Positions 1 to 10,460 of a stretch of 64,000 nt of DNA are shown one piece after another. A model generated the notes under the pieces. The model made no database searches. It saw nothing but the letters and a program-made list of their open reading frames with translations, and was not told where the DNA came from. Both the position numbers and the translations under genes were made by a program. The DNA lies in the NCBI GenBank assembly GCA_913057645.1, contig CAJXOU010000005.1:5060-69059 (forward strand). Direction: 5' to 3'. The stretch is from an uncultured Rhodobiaceae bacterium. GTDB lineage: Bacteria; Pseudomonadota; Alphaproteobacteria; Parvibaculales; Parvibaculaceae. How positions within the stretch are numbered: the stretch's first letter is position 1; each line of letters opens with the position of its first letter.

Positions 1-39
1 CTGAAACCATGCCCCAAAAGCAGTCAAGGAGGCTTCCCC

Positions 40-519
40 ATGAGCACCGATCTCACCCCCCGCATGAACCCCTACAAGGCCGCGCCCGCCGCCTACAAGC
101 CGCTGATCGAGCTTCAGGCGTATACGGATCAATGCGGCCTCGAGCCCTCGCTGCTGGAACTCGTGAAGACCCGCGCCTCGCAGATCAACGGCTGCGCCTT
201 CTGCCTCGAAATGCACACTCGCGAGGCCCGCGCCGCCGGCGAAAGCGAGGCGCGGCTCTATCTCCTGAACGCGTGGCATGAGTCGCCGCTCTACACGGAG
301 CGCGAGCGCGCGGCGCTGCAATGGACGGAAGCGGTGACGCGCGTCAGCGAAACCGGCGTGCCCGACGAGGTATGGAAGGCCGTCAGCGCGGCGTTTTCCG
401 AACAGGAAATCGCGAACCTCACCGTCGCCATCGGCATGATCAATGTCTGGAACAGGCTGGCCGTCTCGTTCCGCTCGCTTCATCCGGTCACGGAGGAACA
501 GCAGCGGAAAACCGCCTAA
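40..519 (+). CDS. Carboxymuconolactone decarboxylase (AhpD-like) family protein
   Basis: 159-aa ORF with a CMD/AhpD-type core: CxxC followed by His (INGCAFCLEMH) and a later WTEAVT segment. Confidence 0.8.
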   Translation: MSTDLTPRMNPYKAAPAAYKPLIELQAYTDQCGLEPSLLELVKTRASQINGCAFCLEMHTREARAAGESEARLYLLNAWHESPLYTERERAALQWTEAVTRVSETGVPDEVWKAVSAAFSEQEIANLTVAIGMINVWNRLAVSFRSLHPVTEEQQRKTA

Positions 520-1034
520 AGCAGCATGGATTTGCTCTTCGCCTTCACCACGCCATAGTCGAAGGTGAAGGCGGAGAGGATCATGTTCGCGGTCTCGCCA
601 TCCTCGGAAAGCGGCAGGAAAATGGAGTCGAACGTGTCGAAGCCGTCGGCAAGCCAGGCCGCGTCGCCATGTGCCCGCACCGGCAGCTTCAGTTCCGCCG
701 CCTGCCTGTGAACGGACTGCACGCTCCTAACCGCATCCGCGCCGAACGGCTCGAAGGCTTCCGTGATCGTCTTGCCGGTCGCGTCCGCGCCGAAATAATG
801 CGCCACCTTCGTCCCGATCAGCCGGTAGCGGAAATCGCTGAACCCCGTCAGCACATCGACAAGGATGATCCAGCCGAGCTGGTCGCGCAGCTCAAGCGGG
901 CTGATTTCCGCCCGCGTCGGCATCGTCCGTGTGCCCCGTTTCGCGTTCCAGTAGGCATGGATGTCGGCCAGAACCGGATGCTCGATGCGAGCAGGGTTCA
1001 CCTCCGCCAGGGTCCGCTCCCGAATATCGTTCAT
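516..1034 (-). CDS. PAS-domain protein (alphaproteobacterial PAS_5/DUF1457-like)
   Basis: The ORF resembles the small stand-alone PAS proteins common in alphaproteobacteria (HAYWNAKRG..MPTRAEISPLEL..LGWIILVDV). Start moved to ATG 1034, which has GAGGGGAGA upstream; the track start at 1061 is TTG. Confidence 0.65.
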   Translation of the reverse strand: MNDIRERTLAEVNPARIEHPVLADIHAYWNAKRGTRTMPTRAEISPLELRDQLGWIILVDVLTGFSDFRYRLIGTKVAHYFGADATGKTITEAFEPFGADAVRSVQSVHRQAAELKLPVRAHGDAAWLADGFDTFDSIFLPLSEDGETANMILSAFTFDYGVVKAKSKSMLL

Positions 1035-1111
1035 CGCCCCGCGTCTCCCCTCATTCCGCAACGGCAGTCTGTCCCGCGATCCTTAACGGGACCCTAAGGT
1101 AAAGTAACTTT

Positions 1112-1660
1112 ATGGAAATTGCCGTGCCGCTTGGCGCGCCCCGTGCCGCCGCGCTACAAACGCTCATGACTGCGGAAAACCTGAGCATTCTGGAGTTCGA
1201 GCTGGCCGATGAGGCGGCGACCCGCGCCCTTGGCGGCGCGCTTGCGGGCCGCCTCCGGCCGGGCGATCTGATCCTCCTCGAAGGCGATCTGGGCGCCGGA
1301 AAGACCGCGCTCGCCCGCGCCCTTGTGCAGGCCCATCTCGCCGCCCACGGCCTCGCCGAGGACGTGCCGTCGCCGACCTTCACCCTCGTTCAGACTTATG
1401 AAAGCCCGGCCCTTCTCATCGCCCATGTCGACCTCTACCGCATCGAGGACGCATCCGAATTGCGCGAGCTCGGCCTCGCCGAAACCATCGACGAAGGCGT
1501 CGTCATCGTCGAATGGCCGGAGCGCGCGGCGCGGGAAATCCGCCGCCTCTCGCGCGATTGTCTCGACATCTCGCTCGCTCTCATGCCAGAAGGCATACGT
1601 CGCGCGCGGCTTGAAGGCAGGGGAAGCTGGGCCGCGCGGCTCGAGGGGCTGACGATTTGA
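1112..1660 (+). CDS. tsaE: tRNA threonylcarbamoyladenosine biosynthesis ATPase TsaE
   Basis: P-loop LEGDLGAGKTALARAL and the conserved SPTFTLVQ..Y..HVDLYR motif of YjeE/TsaE. An alternative start at ATG 1166 is possible. Confidence 0.85.
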   Translation: MEIAVPLGAPRAAALQTLMTAENLSILEFELADEAATRALGGALAGRLRPGDLILLEGDLGAGKTALARALVQAHLAAHGLAEDVPSPTFTLVQTYESPALLIAHVDLYRIEDASELRELGLAETIDEGVVIVEWPERAAREIRRLSRDCLDISLALMPEGIRRARLEGRGSWAARLEGLTI

Positions 1661-2739
1661 CGACGCGCGAGGAAACGATCCGCGCCTTCCTCAAGGAAGC
1701 CGGCTGGGAAAAGGCGGAGCGCCGTCCGCTCGCGGGCGACGCCTCGACGCGCCGCTATGAGCGCCTCTCGCTCTCGGGCCGTCCCGCCGTGCTGATGGAC
1801 TGGCCCTCCGGTCCCGACGCCCCCGTCATTGAAGGCCGCGCCGCCTACAGCCGCATCGCGCATCTCGCGGAGGATTGCCGTCCCTTCGTCGCGGTCGGCG
1901 AGCATCTGCGCGGCCTCGGCCTCGCCGCACCGGAAATCTTCGCCCGCGATCTCGCGCATGGCCTGCTGCTGCTGGAAGATCTCGGCGACCACGTCTATGG
2001 CGAGTTGATCGAAAAGGGCGAGGGGCCCGCCGGCGAACCGCTCGACGACCTCTACCGCGCCGGCATGGAAACCATACTCCGCCTGCAATCCGTGCCCGCG
2101 CCCGCCGCGCTTCCCGTCGGCGACGGCACGGCGCATGAATTGCCCCGCTTCGACGACAGCGTCTTCCGCGCCGAGCTCGACGTGCTGCTCGACTGGTATT
2201 TCCCGGTGGTGCTGGAACGCGAGGCGACGGCGCAGATGCGCGCCGATTATCACGGGCTCTGGACGGCGCTGCGGCCGCATGTCGATGCCGGTGTTGAGAC
2301 GCTTTTCCTGCGCGACTACCACTCCCCCAACATGCTCTGGCTCGGGGATCGCGACGGCGCGGCCCGCGTCGGCCTCATCGACTTTCAGGATGCGCTGATC
2401 GGGTCGCGCGCCTATGACGTCGTTTCCTTCCTGCAGGACGCGCGGCGCGACGTGCCGCCGGCCCGCGAGCAAGCCATGCTCGCGCTTTACCTCGAACGCG
2501 CGAAGGCGGAACTTCCCGGTTTCGACGAAGAAGAATTCCGCGCTTCCTATGCCGTCCTCGGCGCGGAACGCGCGCTGCGTCTCATCGGCCTCTGGCCGCG
2601 TCTCCTGAAGCGCGACGGCAAACCGCACTACATGGCGCACATGCCGCGCACCATGGATTATCTCCGCCGCAATCTCGCGCATCCCGTACTGGGCGATCTC
2701 CGCGCCTGGCTCGATGCCCATGTCCTCGCAAAGGTTTGA
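1657..2739 (+). CDS. Aminoglycoside-phosphotransferase-fold kinase (AmgK-like anomeric MurNAc/GlcNAc kinase)
   Basis: APH-fold motifs (LRDYHSPNMLW, IDFQDA). TTGA overlap with the tsaE stop. Conserved tsaE-kinase-nucleotidyltransferase arrangement. Confidence 0.8.
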   Translation: MTTREETIRAFLKEAGWEKAERRPLAGDASTRRYERLSLSGRPAVLMDWPSGPDAPVIEGRAAYSRIAHLAEDCRPFVAVGEHLRGLGLAAPEIFARDLAHGLLLLEDLGDHVYGELIEKGEGPAGEPLDDLYRAGMETILRLQSVPAPAALPVGDGTAHELPRFDDSVFRAELDVLLDWYFPVVLEREATAQMRADYHGLWTALRPHVDAGVETLFLRDYHSPNMLWLGDRDGAARVGLIDFQDALIGSRAYDVVSFLQDARRDVPPAREQAMLALYLERAKAELPGFDEEEFRASYAVLGAERALRLIGLWPRLLKRDGKPHYMAHMPRTMDYLRRNLAHPVLGDLRAWLDAHVLAKV

Positions 2740-2740
2740 G

Positions 2741-3457
2741 ATGACGGGCCGCGTGCGCAGGGCGATGGTCATGGCGGCAGGCAAGGGCACGCGCATGCGC
2801 CCCCTGACCGACACCATGCCGAAACCGCTCGTGCCCTTCGGAGGGAAACCTCTGATCGATCATGTGCTCGACCGTCTGGAAGAAGCCGGTATCGAGGAAG
2901 CGGTGGTCAATGTCCACCACTTCGCGGACATGCTGGAAGCCCATCTCGCGGCGCGCAAGAGCCCGCGCATCGTGATCTCGGACGAGCGCGCCGAACTCCT
3001 CGACACGGGCGGCGGCACGAAGAAGGCGCTGCCGCTTCTGGGTGAGGAGCCGATCCTCACCTTCAATTCCGATTCCGTCTGGGCCGAAGAGCTCGGCTCG
3101 AATCTCGCGGAGCTGATCGCCGCCTGGGACCCGGAGCGCATGGACGCCCTGCTGATGATCGCCGAGGCGGCCCGCACCATCGGCTATGTCGGCCGCGGCG
3201 ATTTCAACATGGACGCAGCGGGCCTTCTCTCCCGCCGGGGGCCTTCCACGACCGCGCCCTTCATGTTCGCCGGCGTCCAGATCGTGAAGCCCGCCCTCTT
3301 CGCGGACGGCCCGGCGGGCCCCTTCTCGACCAACCTCGTCTGGGACCGCCTGATCGAAAAAGCCCGCCTTTTCGGCCACCGCATGACCGGCACCTGGATG
3401 CATGTCGGCGCCCCGGACGATCTCGCCGAGGCGGAAGCCTTCCTGCGGGATTTGTGA
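2741..3457 (+). CDS. Sugar-1-phosphate nucleotidyltransferase (MurU-like)
   Basis: N-terminal AAGKGTRMRPLT nucleotidyltransferase signature. Start set to ATG 2741, 2 nt after the kinase stop. Confidence 0.8.
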   Translation: MTGRVRRAMVMAAGKGTRMRPLTDTMPKPLVPFGGKPLIDHVLDRLEEAGIEEAVVNVHHFADMLEAHLAARKSPRIVISDERAELLDTGGGTKKALPLLGEEPILTFNSDSVWAEELGSNLAELIAAWDPERMDALLMIAEAARTIGYVGRGDFNMDAAGLLSRRGPSTTAPFMFAGVQIVKPALFADGPAGPFSTNLVWDRLIEKARLFGHRMTGTWMHVGAPDDLAEAEAFLRDL

Positions 3458-3485
3458 GCGGCATTATCGTTCGAGGGACGCTACG

Positions 3486-6400
3486 ATGGGCCCCATGAGG
3501 GCCGATTCCCCAACGCTTTTCACCATGCCGCCCGGCACGCCGTTTCTCGAGCGGCTGGCGGCGACGTTGCTCGAAGACCTGTCGCTCGGCGGCCGCTTCG
3601 AGGGCGATTTCGTGCTCGCCGACGCCACGATCCTGCTGCCCACCCGCCGCGCCGTCCGCGCGCTGGGCGATGCCTTCCTGCGGGCGGGCGAAGGCCGGGC
3701 GCTGATCCTGCCGTCGATCCGCGCGCTCGGCGATATCGACGAGGAAGAACTCGTTCTCGATCCCGTGGGCCTCGGCGCCGAGGCCCTGTCTCTGCCGCCC
3801 GCCATGCCCGCCCTCGAGCGCCAGCTCCGTCTGGCCCGCCTTATCGCGGACGAAGGCGGCGCGGACAAGGTGCGCGCGCTCGGTCTCGCCGCGGATCTCG
3901 GCCGTTTCCTCGACATGATCGTGACGGAAGGCGCCGATCTCTCCGCGCTCGCGAGCCTCGTGCCGCAGGAATTCGCGGACCACTGGCAGATCACGCTCGA
4001 CTTCCTGAAGGTCCTGACGGCGCGCTGGCCGGAGGAACTCGCGCGTCTCGGCTACATGGAACAGGCCGAACGCCGCAACCGTCTCCTGCGCGCGCAGGCG
4101 GAAGCCTGGACCGCGAAGCCGCCGGCCGGTCCGGTCATCGCGGCAGGCTCCACCGGCTCCATTCCCGCCACCGCCGATCTGCTGAAAATCGTCGCGCATC
4201 TCCCCTGCGGGGCGGTCGTGCTGCCGGGCCTCGATCTCGCTCTCGACGACGAGAGCTGGAAAACGATCGGCGAACCCGGCACCGCCTCGCACCCGCAATA
4301 CGGCATGAAGAAACTTCTCGCGCATCTGCGGGCGGAACGCGCCGATGTCGCGCTCTGGCCGGGCACCGGGATATCCCCGCGCCGTACCGCCCGTGCCAGT
4401 CTCCTGTCGGAAGCGCTGCGCCCCGCCGAGACGACCGACAAATGGCTGCAACGGCTCTCGGCGCTGAAAGGACAAGCGAAGGAGGGGCTGGCAGGCCTGT
4501 CGATGATCGAGGCGCCCGGCGAGCGGGACGAGGCCGGGGCGATTGCGCTCCTGATGCGCGAGGTGCTCGAAACGCCCGGCAAGACCGCCGCCCTGGTCAC
4601 ACCCGACCGGAAGCTCGCGCGCCGCGTCGCGATGGAGCTTCGCCGCTGGCAGGTGGAAGTGAACGATTCCGGCGGCGAGCCGCTCAAGAACACCGCGCCC
4701 GTTTCGTTTCTTCGGCTCGTCGCGGAAATGGTGACGGAGGAATTCGCGCCGGTTGCGCTGCTTGCCTGCCTGAAGCACCCATTGGCGGCCGCTGGCGAAG
4801 ACCCGGGAGCGTTTCGCACCGGGGTCCGCCGGCTGGAGGCATTGCTGCTGCGCGGGCCGCGCCCCGCCGCAGGCATTGCGGGCCTCCGCGCGGCGGTGAA
4901 GGAAGCCGGGAACGACGAAAGAAGGAGCCGCCATCTGCCGCGGCTCGCTGCGTTGATTGACCTGATCGAGCGATGCATGTCGCCGCTCGCCGATGCGATG
5001 CTGGAGCGGCGTGAAACGGCGGACATCGTGCGGGCTCATATCGCCGCCGCCGAGAATCTGGCGGAGACGGCAGGAGAAAAGGGAACAGGGCGGCTCTGGA
5101 AGGAAGAGGCGGGCGAGGCGGCGGCGAATTTCATCCGGGAGCTGATGGACGCGGCACCGGCGTTCGGAGATATCGATCCGCGGACCTATGCGCGCCTTTT
5201 CGCCGAACTTCTTGGCGGCCGGGTCCTTCGCCCCCGCTGGGGTCTCCATCCCCGGCTTTTCATCTGGGGTCCGCTCGAGGCTCGCCTTCAACACGCCGAT
5301 CGCATGATCCTCGGTGGCCTCAATGAAGGAAAATGGCCGGCAGAAGCGAATATCGATCCCTGGCTCAACAGGCCGATGCGGGCCGCCATGGGCCTCGAGC
5401 CACCGGAACGTCGCATCGGCCTCGCGGCGCATGATTTCGCGGAAGGCGCATCGGCCATTGAGTCCGTCTTGACCCGGTCGCTGAAGGTCGAGGGTGCCCC
5501 CGCCGTCGCCTCGCGATGGTGGCTCCGCCTCGAAACGGTCCGCAGCGGTGTCGGCGGCGAGGATCTGGCGGACGAAAAATGGTGGAAATGGGCGCAGAAG
5601 CTGGACCGGCCGGAAAAGCTGCTCGTTCCGGTTCGTCCGCGACCTGCTCCGCCGCTCGAGGCGCGCCCGGTCAGATTCTCCGTGACGGAAATCGAAACGC
5701 TGATCCGCGACCCTTACGCGATCTATGCGAAGAAGATCCTGAAGCTGCCCGTGCTCGATCCCGTCGACGCCGATATCGCCGCCGCCGAACGGGGCACCAT
5801 CGTGCATGAGGCGCTCGAGCGCTTCGTCGACGAGTATCCGGTGGAGCTTCCGGAGAATGCGCTGGAACGTCTTGTCGAAATCGGACAGGAGGTCTTCGCC
5901 CATGCGATTGGCCGGCCGGGCGTCGCCGCCTTCTGGTGGCCCCGCTTCCGGCGCATAGCGCGCTGGATCGTGGAGCATGAGCGTGAGGAGCGGGCGAACC
6001 TCCGCCGGGCCTATGCAGAAGCGCGCGGCGAAATCCTGATCGGCGATCTCGCGCGGCCCGTGACGCTTGTCGGCAAGGCGGACCGGATCGACCTGCGCGA
6101 AGACGGTACGGTCGACATCGTCGACTACAAGACAGGCATGTTGCCCAGCGCGCGCCAGGTCGAAATTGGTCTTGCACCGCAGCTGCCGCTCGAGGCCGCC
6201 ATCGCTGCGCGCGGCGGCTTCCGGGAAAAATCGGAAGGCAACGCGGAAATCCCCCCGGCAAGAACACGCCGCATGATTTACATGCGCCTGACAGGCGGAG
6301 AGACCGCGGGAGAGATGCGCGCCGTTTCCGACCCGGATGGCGAGCTCGCGGAGAACATCTTTGCTTCGCTGGTCGCGCTTCTCGGCCAGTATGAAGACGA

Positions 6401-6512
6401 AGAGACGCCGTATCTTTCCCGCCCGCGTCCGATGTTCTGGGGCCGCTATGCCGACTACGACCATCTTGCGCGCGTCAAGGAATGGTCTGCGGCGGGCGAG
6501 GACAGCGAATGA
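3486..6512 (+). CDS. addB: Double-strand break repair protein AddB
   Basis: About 1008 aa with a C-terminal RecB-type nuclease motif (GKADRIDL..DIVDYKTG). Sits immediately upstream of addA and overlaps it (ATGA). Start set to ATG 3486. Confidence 0.85.
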   Translation: MGPMRADSPTLFTMPPGTPFLERLAATLLEDLSLGGRFEGDFVLADATILLPTRRAVRALGDAFLRAGEGRALILPSIRALGDIDEEELVLDPVGLGAEALSLPPAMPALERQLRLARLIADEGGADKVRALGLAADLGRFLDMIVTEGADLSALASLVPQEFADHWQITLDFLKVLTARWPEELARLGYMEQAERRNRLLRAQAEAWTAKPPAGPVIAAGSTGSIPATADLLKIVAHLPCGAVVLPGLDLALDDESWKTIGEPGTASHPQYGMKKLLAHLRAERADVALWPGTGISPRRTARASLLSEALRPAETTDKWLQRLSALKGQAKEGLAGLSMIEAPGERDEAGAIALLMREVLETPGKTAALVTPDRKLARRVAMELRRWQVEVNDSGGEPLKNTAPVSFLRLVAEMVTEEFAPVALLACLKHPLAAAGEDPGAFRTGVRRLEALLLRGPRPAAGIAGLRAAVKEAGNDERRSRHLPRLAALIDLIERCMSPLADAMLERRETADIVRAHIAAAENLAETAGEKGTGRLWKEEAGEAAANFIRELMDAAPAFGDIDPRTYARLFAELLGGRVLRPRWGLHPRLFIWGPLEARLQHADRMILGGLNEGKWPAEANIDPWLNRPMRAAMGLEPPERRIGLAAHDFAEGASAIESVLTRSLKVEGAPAVASRWWLRLETVRSGVGGEDLADEKWWKWAQKLDRPEKLLVPVRPRPAPPLEARPVRFSVTEIETLIRDPYAIYAKKILKLPVLDPVDADIAAAERGTIVHEALERFVDEYPVELPENALERLVEIGQEVFAHAIGRPGVAAFWWPRFRRIARWIVEHEREERANLRRAYAEARGEILIGDLARPVTLVGKADRIDLREDGTVDIVDYKTGMLPSARQVEIGLAPQLPLEAAIAARGGFREKSEGNAEIPPARTRRMIYMRLTGGETAGEMRAVSDPDGELAENIFASLVALLGQYEDEETPYLSRPRPMFWGRYADYDHLARVKEWSAAGEDSE

Positions 6513-9500
6513 GCGGTGTCGCCCGGAAGGATATGGCCCCCGACGAAGCGCAGCGGCGCGCCTCGCATCCCGAAACCTCCGTCTGGGTGTCGGCCAATGC
6601 CGGGTCGGGCAAGACGCATGCCCTGACGACGCGGGTCGCACGATTGCTGCTCGCAGGCACCGAACCCGAGCGTATTCTCTGTCTCACTTTCACCAAGGCG
6701 GCGGCCGCCGAAATGTCGGCGCGTCTCTACAAGCGTCTCGGTGGCTGGGCGACAATGGCGGATGCCGAGCTGGCACCGGCCATCGCCGATATCGGCGGCA
6801 AGAAGCCCGGAGCGGGCGAGCTCGCGACCGCTCGCCGTCTCTTTGCGCGTGCGGTCGAAACGCCCGGTGGTTTGAAGATTCAGACGATCCACGCCTTCTG
6901 TGAGCGGCTTCTCGGCCGCTTCCCCCTTGAAGCCGATGTGCCGCCGCAGTTCGAGATTCTCGACGAGAGACGGGCACAGGAACTGATAGCCGAGGTGCGG
7001 GACGCGGTTTTGCGCCGCGCCAGCGAAGCGCCTGAAACGCCGATCGGCCTCTCGCTTGCGCATGTCGTCTCACGCGTCGACGAACTCACCTTCGGCAAGT
7101 TGCTGACGGAAGTAATCGGCCAGCGCGGCAATTTCGTGAAGATGCGCGAGCGTTTCGGTGGACTGGAAGGAATTTGTGCCGCTATTCGCGTGGCGCTGTC
7201 GGTCGAGGCCGGCGCCACTTCGGATGTTCTCCTCGCCGAGATAGCGGCCATCGCGGAAGAAGACATGCGCCAGGCGGCGACTGTTCTGATGGAGGGGACG
7301 AAGACGGATGCGGAGCGCGCGGCGGCTCTCCATGCCTTTCTCGCCGCACCCGAGCGGATAGACGCCGTCGACGACTATATCGGTGTGTTCCTCACAAAGG
7401 AGATGACGCCACGCAAGACCGTCATCACGAAGAAACTCGGCGAAGAGAATCCTCAAATTGCGCACGCGTTGGAGAAGGAACAAGAGCGTGTCCTGCACCT
7501 TGTCAGCCGGCTCAAGGCCGTTCGTGTCGCTGAAGCGACGGAGGCCGTCGTAACGATTGCCGTCACGATCCTCGATACTTTCGAGGAAGAGAAACGGGCA
7601 CGTGCTCTGCTCGACTATGACGACCTGATCGCGAAGGCGCGCGCACTGCTCACGAGAAGCGCCATGGCACCCTGGGTGCTCTACAAACTCGATGGCGGCA
7701 TCGACCATATTCTCGTGGACGAAGCACAGGACACCAGCCCCGAACAATGGGATGTAGTGGCGCGGATCGCCGATGAATTTCTGTCGGGGCACGGCGCCCG
7801 CGAGGTCGTGCGCACGATATTTGCCGTCGGTGACGAGAAACAATCGATCTTCTCGTTCCAGGGCGCTGATCCCACCCGCTTCGATGACATGAAGCGTTAC
7901 TTCGAAAAGCAGGTGAAGGGAGCCGAAAGGCGATGGGATTATGTCCCGCTTACCCGCTCCTTCCGCTCCGTTCCGGAAGTTCTGAGGACTGTCGATCGCG
8001 TCTTCGAACTCGAAAGGGCCCGCAACGGGTTGACTGCGTCGGGAGATGTTGATCCCCATATTGCGCATCGCGATCTGGATGCGGGCCTCGTCGAAATCTG
8101 GGATCTGGAAGAACCGGAGGAGGGAGAGGAGGCTGACCCCTGGGATGCGCCGCTCGACTATGTCGCGGGCGCGGCGCCCATGTCGCGCCTCGCCGCCCGC
8201 ATCGCGCAAACCATTCGCGGCTGGCTCGACGACGGAGAAGAACTCCCCGCAAAAGGCCGCCCCATTCGTCCGGGCGATATCCTTGTCCTCGTGCGCCGCC
8301 GCAATGCCTTTGTCGGCGAGATGGTGCGGCACCTGAAGGAACTCGATATTGCGGTTGCGGGCGCAGACCGCATGGTTCTGACCGAGCAGATGGCGGTGAT
8401 GGATCTCCTCGCGCTCGGTCATTTCGTTCTTCTGCCCGATGACGATCTTACCCTCGCGACCGTGCTGAAAAGTCCCTTCGTAGGCTTCACCGAGGACGAA
8501 CTCTTCGAGCTTGCCTGGCAACGAAAGGGCACGCTCTGGCAGGCGTTGAAAGACAAGGCGGCAGACCGCCGATACGGCGATGCGGCAGACTTTCTTTCCC
8601 GTCTGCTCGATCGTGCGGATTTCGAGCCGCCCTACGAATTCTTCGCGCATGTCCTGGCGGGCGAAGGGGGCCGCAAGCGTCTCCTGGAACGGCTCGGTCC
8701 CGATGCGGCGGACCCGATAGACGAGTTCCTCTCTCTTGCCCTCGAATTCGAGGAGGATCATGCGCCCTCCCTCGAAACCTTTCTGCACTGGCTGGAACAG
8801 GGTGCGGCCGAGATCAAGCGCGACATGGACCAGGGCCGCGACGAAGTCCGTGTGATGACAGTACATGGGGCGAAAGGGCTGGAGGCCGACATTGTATTCA
8901 TGCCTGATACCTGCGCTGCGCCGGGCGGCGCACACGATCCCGCTCTTCTTTCACTGCCGCCGCTGGGCGAGGATGGGCCGGAACTGCTTCTCTGGCCTGT
9001 TCGCAAGAAAGACGAAGACGCGCTGAGCGCAGAAGCGCGCGAGCGACTGAGAACATTGCGAGCGGCAGAGTACCGGCGCCTTCTCTACGTCGCGATGACG
9101 AGGGCCCGCGACCGCCTCTACATTGCGGGCTACCGGGGGATCAATCCGCCTGCCCCCGATTGCTGGTACGAGATGATCTGCGAAGCGCTCATCCCGGAGT
9201 CGGAGGAGATCGAATTCGAGGATGGACGAAAAGTCTGGCGGATCGAGGGAAAGCAGCGCGGGAAGGTCGAGGCGGACAAGAGACAGGAAACGCGTAGGTC
9301 CCCAGGTGTCCCTGCATGGAGCGGCCGGAACGCTCCTTCCGAGCCGACACCCTCGCGGCCATTGGCGCCGTCGCGCCTGCCGCCGGAAGACCTGGCCGAA
9401 CCGGCTGCCTCTTCGCCCGCAGCCGGCGACAGCACCGCGCGGTTCCGGCGCGGCAGTCTCATACACCGCCTTCTCCAGACCCTGCCGGATCTGCCTGTGG

Positions 9501-9967
9501 GAGAACGACCCGCGGCGGCGAGGAGATATCTTGCATTGTCTGTACACGGACTTGATGAAAACGAAAGGGCGGAAATAGAGCACGCTGTTTTCCATGTGCT
9601 CGAAAACCCGAAGTTCGCCGATGTTTTTGCGCCCGGGAGCCGCGCCGAAGTGCCGGTTGCCGGCATGATCCAGTTTCGCGGCCGCCCGCTCCTCGTCGGC
9701 GGCCAGATCGACCGGCTCTGCATTGCCGGTGACGAAGTCACCATTGTCGACTACAAGACAAACCGTTCGCCGCCGAAAACGGTCGCAGAGGTCGCTCCCG
9801 CCTACATCGCCCAGATGGCGGCCTATCGGGCGGTGCTCGCGGATATCTATCCTGACCGTGTGATTCGCTGTGCCCTGCTCTGGACCGAGGAGCCGGAACT
9901 CATGCTATTGCCCGCGGAAATGCTGGAGAATGCGCTTGCTGCGGCGGCGCCTGCGGCAATGAGGTAG
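6509..9967 (+). CDS. addA: Double-strand break repair helicase AddA (UvrD/Rep superfamily 1)
   Basis: Walker A SANAGSGKTHAL, helicase motifs (ILVDEAQDTS, VGDEKQSIFSFQGA, TVHGAKGLE) and a C-terminal nuclease motif (QIDRL..TIVDYKTN). Confidence 0.9.
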   Translation: MSGVARKDMAPDEAQRRASHPETSVWVSANAGSGKTHALTTRVARLLLAGTEPERILCLTFTKAAAAEMSARLYKRLGGWATMADAELAPAIADIGGKKPGAGELATARRLFARAVETPGGLKIQTIHAFCERLLGRFPLEADVPPQFEILDERRAQELIAEVRDAVLRRASEAPETPIGLSLAHVVSRVDELTFGKLLTEVIGQRGNFVKMRERFGGLEGICAAIRVALSVEAGATSDVLLAEIAAIAEEDMRQAATVLMEGTKTDAERAAALHAFLAAPERIDAVDDYIGVFLTKEMTPRKTVITKKLGEENPQIAHALEKEQERVLHLVSRLKAVRVAEATEAVVTIAVTILDTFEEEKRARALLDYDDLIAKARALLTRSAMAPWVLYKLDGGIDHILVDEAQDTSPEQWDVVARIADEFLSGHGAREVVRTIFAVGDEKQSIFSFQGADPTRFDDMKRYFEKQVKGAERRWDYVPLTRSFRSVPEVLRTVDRVFELERARNGLTASGDVDPHIAHRDLDAGLVEIWDLEEPEEGEEADPWDAPLDYVAGAAPMSRLAARIAQTIRGWLDDGEELPAKGRPIRPGDILVLVRRRNAFVGEMVRHLKELDIAVAGADRMVLTEQMAVMDLLALGHFVLLPDDDLTLATVLKSPFVGFTEDELFELAWQRKGTLWQALKDKAADRRYGDAADFLSRLLDRADFEPPYEFFAHVLAGEGGRKRLLERLGPDAADPIDEFLSLALEFEEDHAPSLETFLHWLEQGAAEIKRDMDQGRDEVRVMTVHGAKGLEADIVFMPDTCAAPGGAHDPALLSLPPLGEDGPELLLWPVRKKDEDALSAEARERLRTLRAAEYRRLLYVAMTRARDRLYIAGYRGINPPAPDCWYEMICEALIPESEEIEFEDGRKVWRIEGKQRGKVEADKRQETRRSPGVPAWSGRNAPSEPTPSRPLAPSRLPPEDLAEPAASSPAAGDSTARFRRGSLIHRLLQTLPDLPVGERPAAARRYLALSVHGLDENERAEIEHAVFHVLENPKFADVFAPGSRAEVPVAGMIQFRGRPLLVGGQIDRLCIAGDEVTIVDYKTNRSPPKTVAEVAPAYIAQMAAYRAVLADIYPDRVIRCALLWTEEPELMLLPAEMLENALAAAAPAAMR

Positions 9968-10090
9968 CCTTGACCTTGTTGAGGGGCGTTCCTAGATTCA
10001 AGCGAACGTGAACCCGTACCCTGTTTATAGCGCGTCACCGGCGCGCGCCTTGCCTCCGACATCCGGGGCCGGGCTGGAAAGGATAAAGAC

Positions 10091-10411
10091 ATGACAACCA
10101 GCAAAGTGACCGACTCCTCGTTTGAATCCGATGTGCTGGATGCGAGCGGACCGGTATTGGTCGATTTCTGGGCCGAGTGGTGCGGTCCCTGCAAACAGAT
10201 CGGTCCCGCGCTCGAAGAGATCGCCAAGGATTACGGCGGCAAGCTGACGATCGCGAAGCTCAATATCGATGAAAATCCGAACGTGCCGACCAAATACGGT
10301 GTGCGCGGTATTCCGACGCTGATGATCTTCAAGGACGGCCAGGTTTCGGCGACCAAGGTCGGCGCATTGCCGAAGGGCAAGATCGTCGAGTGGATCGACA
10401 GCTCGATCTGA
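10091..10411 (+). CDS. trxA: Thioredoxin
   Basis: 106 aa with the canonical WAEWCGPCK active site. Confidence 0.95.
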   Translation: MTTSKVTDSSFESDVLDASGPVLVDFWAEWCGPCKQIGPALEEIAKDYGGKLTIAKLNIDENPNVPTKYGVRGIPTLMIFKDGQVSATKVGALPKGKIVEWIDSSI

Positions 10412-10434
10412 TCGATCGGATATATTTGTTGAAA

Positions 10435-10460
10435 GGCCGGTCTTGATGACCGGCCTTTTT
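10435..10460. terminator. Bidirectional intrinsic terminator between convergent trxA and folC
   Basis: Perfect 8-bp stem GGCCGGTC/GACCGGCC with loop TTGAT, flanked by an A-run upstream and TTTTT downstream. Confidence 0.7.

Noticed and set aside
3261-6641. 1126-aa minus-strand ORF spanning addB. Similar giant antisense ORFs occur at 1435-2817, 7070-8935, 17974-19779, 42746-45373 and 59655-63248.
   Set aside because: They mirror well-supported conserved genes on the other strand. They are Arg/Ala/Gly/Pro-rich with no recognisable motifs. Long stop-free antisense frames are the expected artefact in GC-rich coding DNA.
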